From positions 1,476 to 65,475 of the forward strand of contig CADECG010000001.1 in NCBI GenBank assembly GCA_902825795.1: DNA of 64,000 nt. Direction: 5' to 3'. This stretch comes from an uncultured Bacteroidota bacterium. GTDB lineage: Bacteria > Bacteroidota > Bacteroidia > Flavobacteriales_F > PHOS-HE28. Position numbers and translations under genes: made by a program. This document shows positions 62,116 to 64,000 of the stretch, piece by piece (within the stretch, counting starts at the first letter, position 1; every line of letters starts with the position of its first letter). The notes under the pieces are model-generated. The model was not told the DNA's origin. It made no database searches and saw only the letters and a list, made by a program, of their open reading frames with translations.

Positions 62116-63384
62116 ATGGCCGCATTGCTCATCATTGTTTTCGTGCTCGGCTATGCGGCCATCGCATTCGAGCACAGCATCCAGATCAACAAGGCCGCAA
62201 GTGCTTTGATCACCGGTGTGATCTGCTGGACCATCATCGCGGTAGGTGGTGAGCCCATATCGACCGAAGCTGGTCTCATGCACCACTTCGCGGAGATCGC
62301 CGGTATTCTCTTTTTCCTTCTTGGTGCCATGACGATCGTGGAATTGGTAGCTGCACACAACGGCTTCGACCTCATTACGGACAGCATCAACCTGAAGAGC
62401 AAGCGAGCACTTTTGTGGACTGTAGCGTTGATCACGTTCTTCCTGAGCGCAGTGCTGGACAATCTCACCACGACCATTGTGATGGTGACGCTGTTGCGAC
62501 GATTGATCGACGACAACGAGGAGCGGATGTGGGCAGCGGGCCTGGTGGTGATCGCTGCCAACGCTGGTGGGGCTTGGAGCCCGATAGGCGATGTCACTAC
62601 CACCATGCTGTGGATCAAAGGACAGGTCACCGCCGGACCATTGGTGTTGCACCTACTGCTCCCCAGCCTGATGTGCCTTGTAGTTCCGTTGCTGATAAGT
62701 TGGCACAGAATGCGCGGCAACATTCAGCGCCCGACCATAGCGGTCATTGAGCATGACGGGCTTACCCAAGGCCAGCGCAAACTGGTCCTCTTTGCTGGCA
62801 TCGGGTCGTTGCTTTTCGTGCCGGTTTTCAAAACACTTACCCACCTGCCACCGGTGATGGGCATCCTGCTGATGGTGGGCGTACTGTGGATCATCACCGA
62901 ATTCATACACGGCAGCAAGGACGATGAACAGCGGGCGCCGTACACGCTTGTTCAAGCACTTCGTGGTGTCGATTCGCCGAGCATCCTGTTCTTCCTGGGC
63001 ATCCTGCTGAGCATATCGGCCTTACAGCACGCGGGCGTACTGACGGATATGGCAGCTGGCCTCAGCGCCATCATGCCCGATGTGCATGCGCAGGCGATCC
63101 TGATCGGGGTGATCAGCGCCATCGTTGACAACGTTCCACTGGTGGCCGCAGCCCAAGGCATGTATGCGGGTGCATTCGGCACGGACCATAGTTTCTGGAT
63201 CTTCCTCGCGTACTGTGCAGGCACAGGAGGCAGCGCGCTCATCATCGGTTCCGCTGCCGGTGTTGCCGCCATGGGTATGGAACGCATCGGCTTCTTCTGG
63301 TATGCCAAGAAGATCGGCTGGCTTGCTCTGCTGGGCTATTTGGCGGGGGCAGGAGTGTACCTGCTTCAACGCGCGATCTTCTAG
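62116..63384 (+). CDS. NhaD/ArsB-superfamily Na+/H+ antiporter-like permease
   Basis: 422-aa protein with ~11-12 TM helices: ..FFLSAVLDNLTTTIVMVTLLRRL...VIAANAGGAWSPIGDVTTTMLW...SAIVDNVPLVAA.. Confidence 0.85.
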   Translation: MAALLIIVFVLGYAAIAFEHSIQINKAASALITGVICWTIIAVGGEPISTEAGLMHHFAEIAGILFFLLGAMTIVELVAAHNGFDLITDSINLKSKRALLWTVALITFFLSAVLDNLTTTIVMVTLLRRLIDDNEERMWAAGLVVIAANAGGAWSPIGDVTTTMLWIKGQVTAGPLVLHLLLPSLMCLVVPLLISWHRMRGNIQRPTIAVIEHDGLTQGQRKLVLFAGIGSLLFVPVFKTLTHLPPVMGILLMVGVLWIITEFIHGSKDDEQRAPYTLVQALRGVDSPSILFFLGILLSISALQHAGVLTDMAAGLSAIMPDVHAQAILIGVISAIVDNVPLVAAAQGMYAGAFGTDHSFWIFLAYCAGTGGSALIIGSAAGVAAMGMERIGFFWYAKKIGWLALLGYLAGAGVYLLQRAIF

Positions 63385-63819
63385 TTCCAGCCGTGCTGCC
63401 GAGGGCGGTTATTCATCGGCGAACAGCACAAATCCTTCGACAAGTCTTGACATGGGCTTGGGATTGCCCCTTCATTTGCCCCCGTTCCGCTCTTCTCTCG
63501 GTTGACCGCTGGCTACTTGGACAGCACCAACGGACCCCGAAAGCGAATGGAACACGGACCTCTCTTCATCAGTGCTGAACGCGCACGGTCGCAGTCAGCA
63601 TCATCTCGGCTGCGCGCCAAGGAAAGTGCAGCGCAATTCCCGTCGGTCACGCGCGACTTGACGCTGCGGAAGAAGGCCTTGGACCTGACCACGGATCTGC
63701 GCGATCCCGAGTTCTGGGGTCTCTGCCTGCTCGGCGTGTTACTCCTGCTCTTCGCCTGAAATCCACCAAAGGCCTCCGGCCCCTACGGTTTGAACCAGCA
63801 ACTCCCAAAACTCGAGAAC

Positions 63820-64000
63820 ATGCGATCCAGAACAACTACACATCGTTGGCGCCACGCTTCGCTGCTGGCATTGGCGCTGACCACTGCCATTGGCATTCAC
63901 GCGCAGCGCACGACGAAGCCCCTTGTCGGGCACGACGCGGTGGCGGATGAGCTGCTCCACAAACACGACAAGGAGATCACCTTCACCGAGAACCAAGGAC
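63820..64000 (+). CDS. 5' end of a secreted protein gene (runs off the window), probably another SBBP/DUF7948-type surface protein
   Basis: My translation from ATG 63820 is MRSRTTTHRWRHASLLALALTTAIGIHAQRTTKPLVGHDAVADELLHKHDKEITFTENQG... This is a signal peptide followed by ITFTENQG, echoing VRFTENKGQW at the N-terminus of 45827..49714. Confidence 0.55.
   Translation, partial: MRSRTTTHRWRHASLLALALTTAIGIHAQRTTKPLVGHDAVADELLHKHDKEITFTENQG

Noticed and set aside
63502-63759. 85-aa plus-strand ORF (or 70 aa from ATG 63547) ending in the hydrophobic tail FWGLCLLGVLLLLFA.
   Set aside because: It could be a small tail-anchored protein. However, the body is Arg/Ser-rich low complexity, I see no recognisable motif or promoter, and there is no support beyond the ORF itself. 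That is too weak to call.

Overview
High-GC (about 60% by eye) chromosomal segment that looks like a Bacteroidota genome. The signs are: both type A and type B T9SS C-terminal sorting domains, LytTR regulators, a Bacteroidetes-type sdhCAB operon, and -7 boxes resembling TAnnTTTG. All calls come from reading the supplied ORF translations and the DNA; no database search was run.

I support about 50 protein genes and one tRNA-Ala(GGC).

- Housekeeping blocks: sdhC-sdhA-sdhB; sufC-sufD-sufS-sufE-DUF59; pepP; purF; an aminotransferase/omega-amidase pair; HAAO + ACMSD (kynurenine branch); an MBOAT pair; AKR, RidA, DinB and NhaD.
- Accessory content is dominated by predicted T9SS cargo, with 9 CTD-bearing genes. 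These include two tandem giant paralogs (1660 and 1544 aa) and a third 1295-aa type-B protein.
- There are two LytTR two-component modules, and each sits next to T9SS cargo.

Observations most worth a second look:
1. A four-helix-bundle (23S-rRNA-IVS/Avd family) gene fills the sdhA-sdhB spacer exactly and is bracketed by perfect 16-bp inverted repeats.
2. Several operon-internal palindromes have arms built from tandem 7-9-nt words, in the sdhC-sdhA and sufE-DUF59 spacers and after the HEXXH gene.
3. A propeller/Y_Y_Y sensor plus two tandem LytTR regulators face, divergently, a pair of uncharacterised secreted paralogs. A free-standing CTD-like mini-ORF lies between the two paralogs.
4. The tandem giant adhesin-like paralogs have no adjacent PorP/SprF partner.
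5. Smaller oddities: a frame-shifted signal peptide, a duplicated DUF1801 5' fragment flanking a CPBP protease gene, heptad repeats, a GATC cluster, and a C6G10 tract.

I saw no CRISPR array, transposase, integrase or recognisable defence system.
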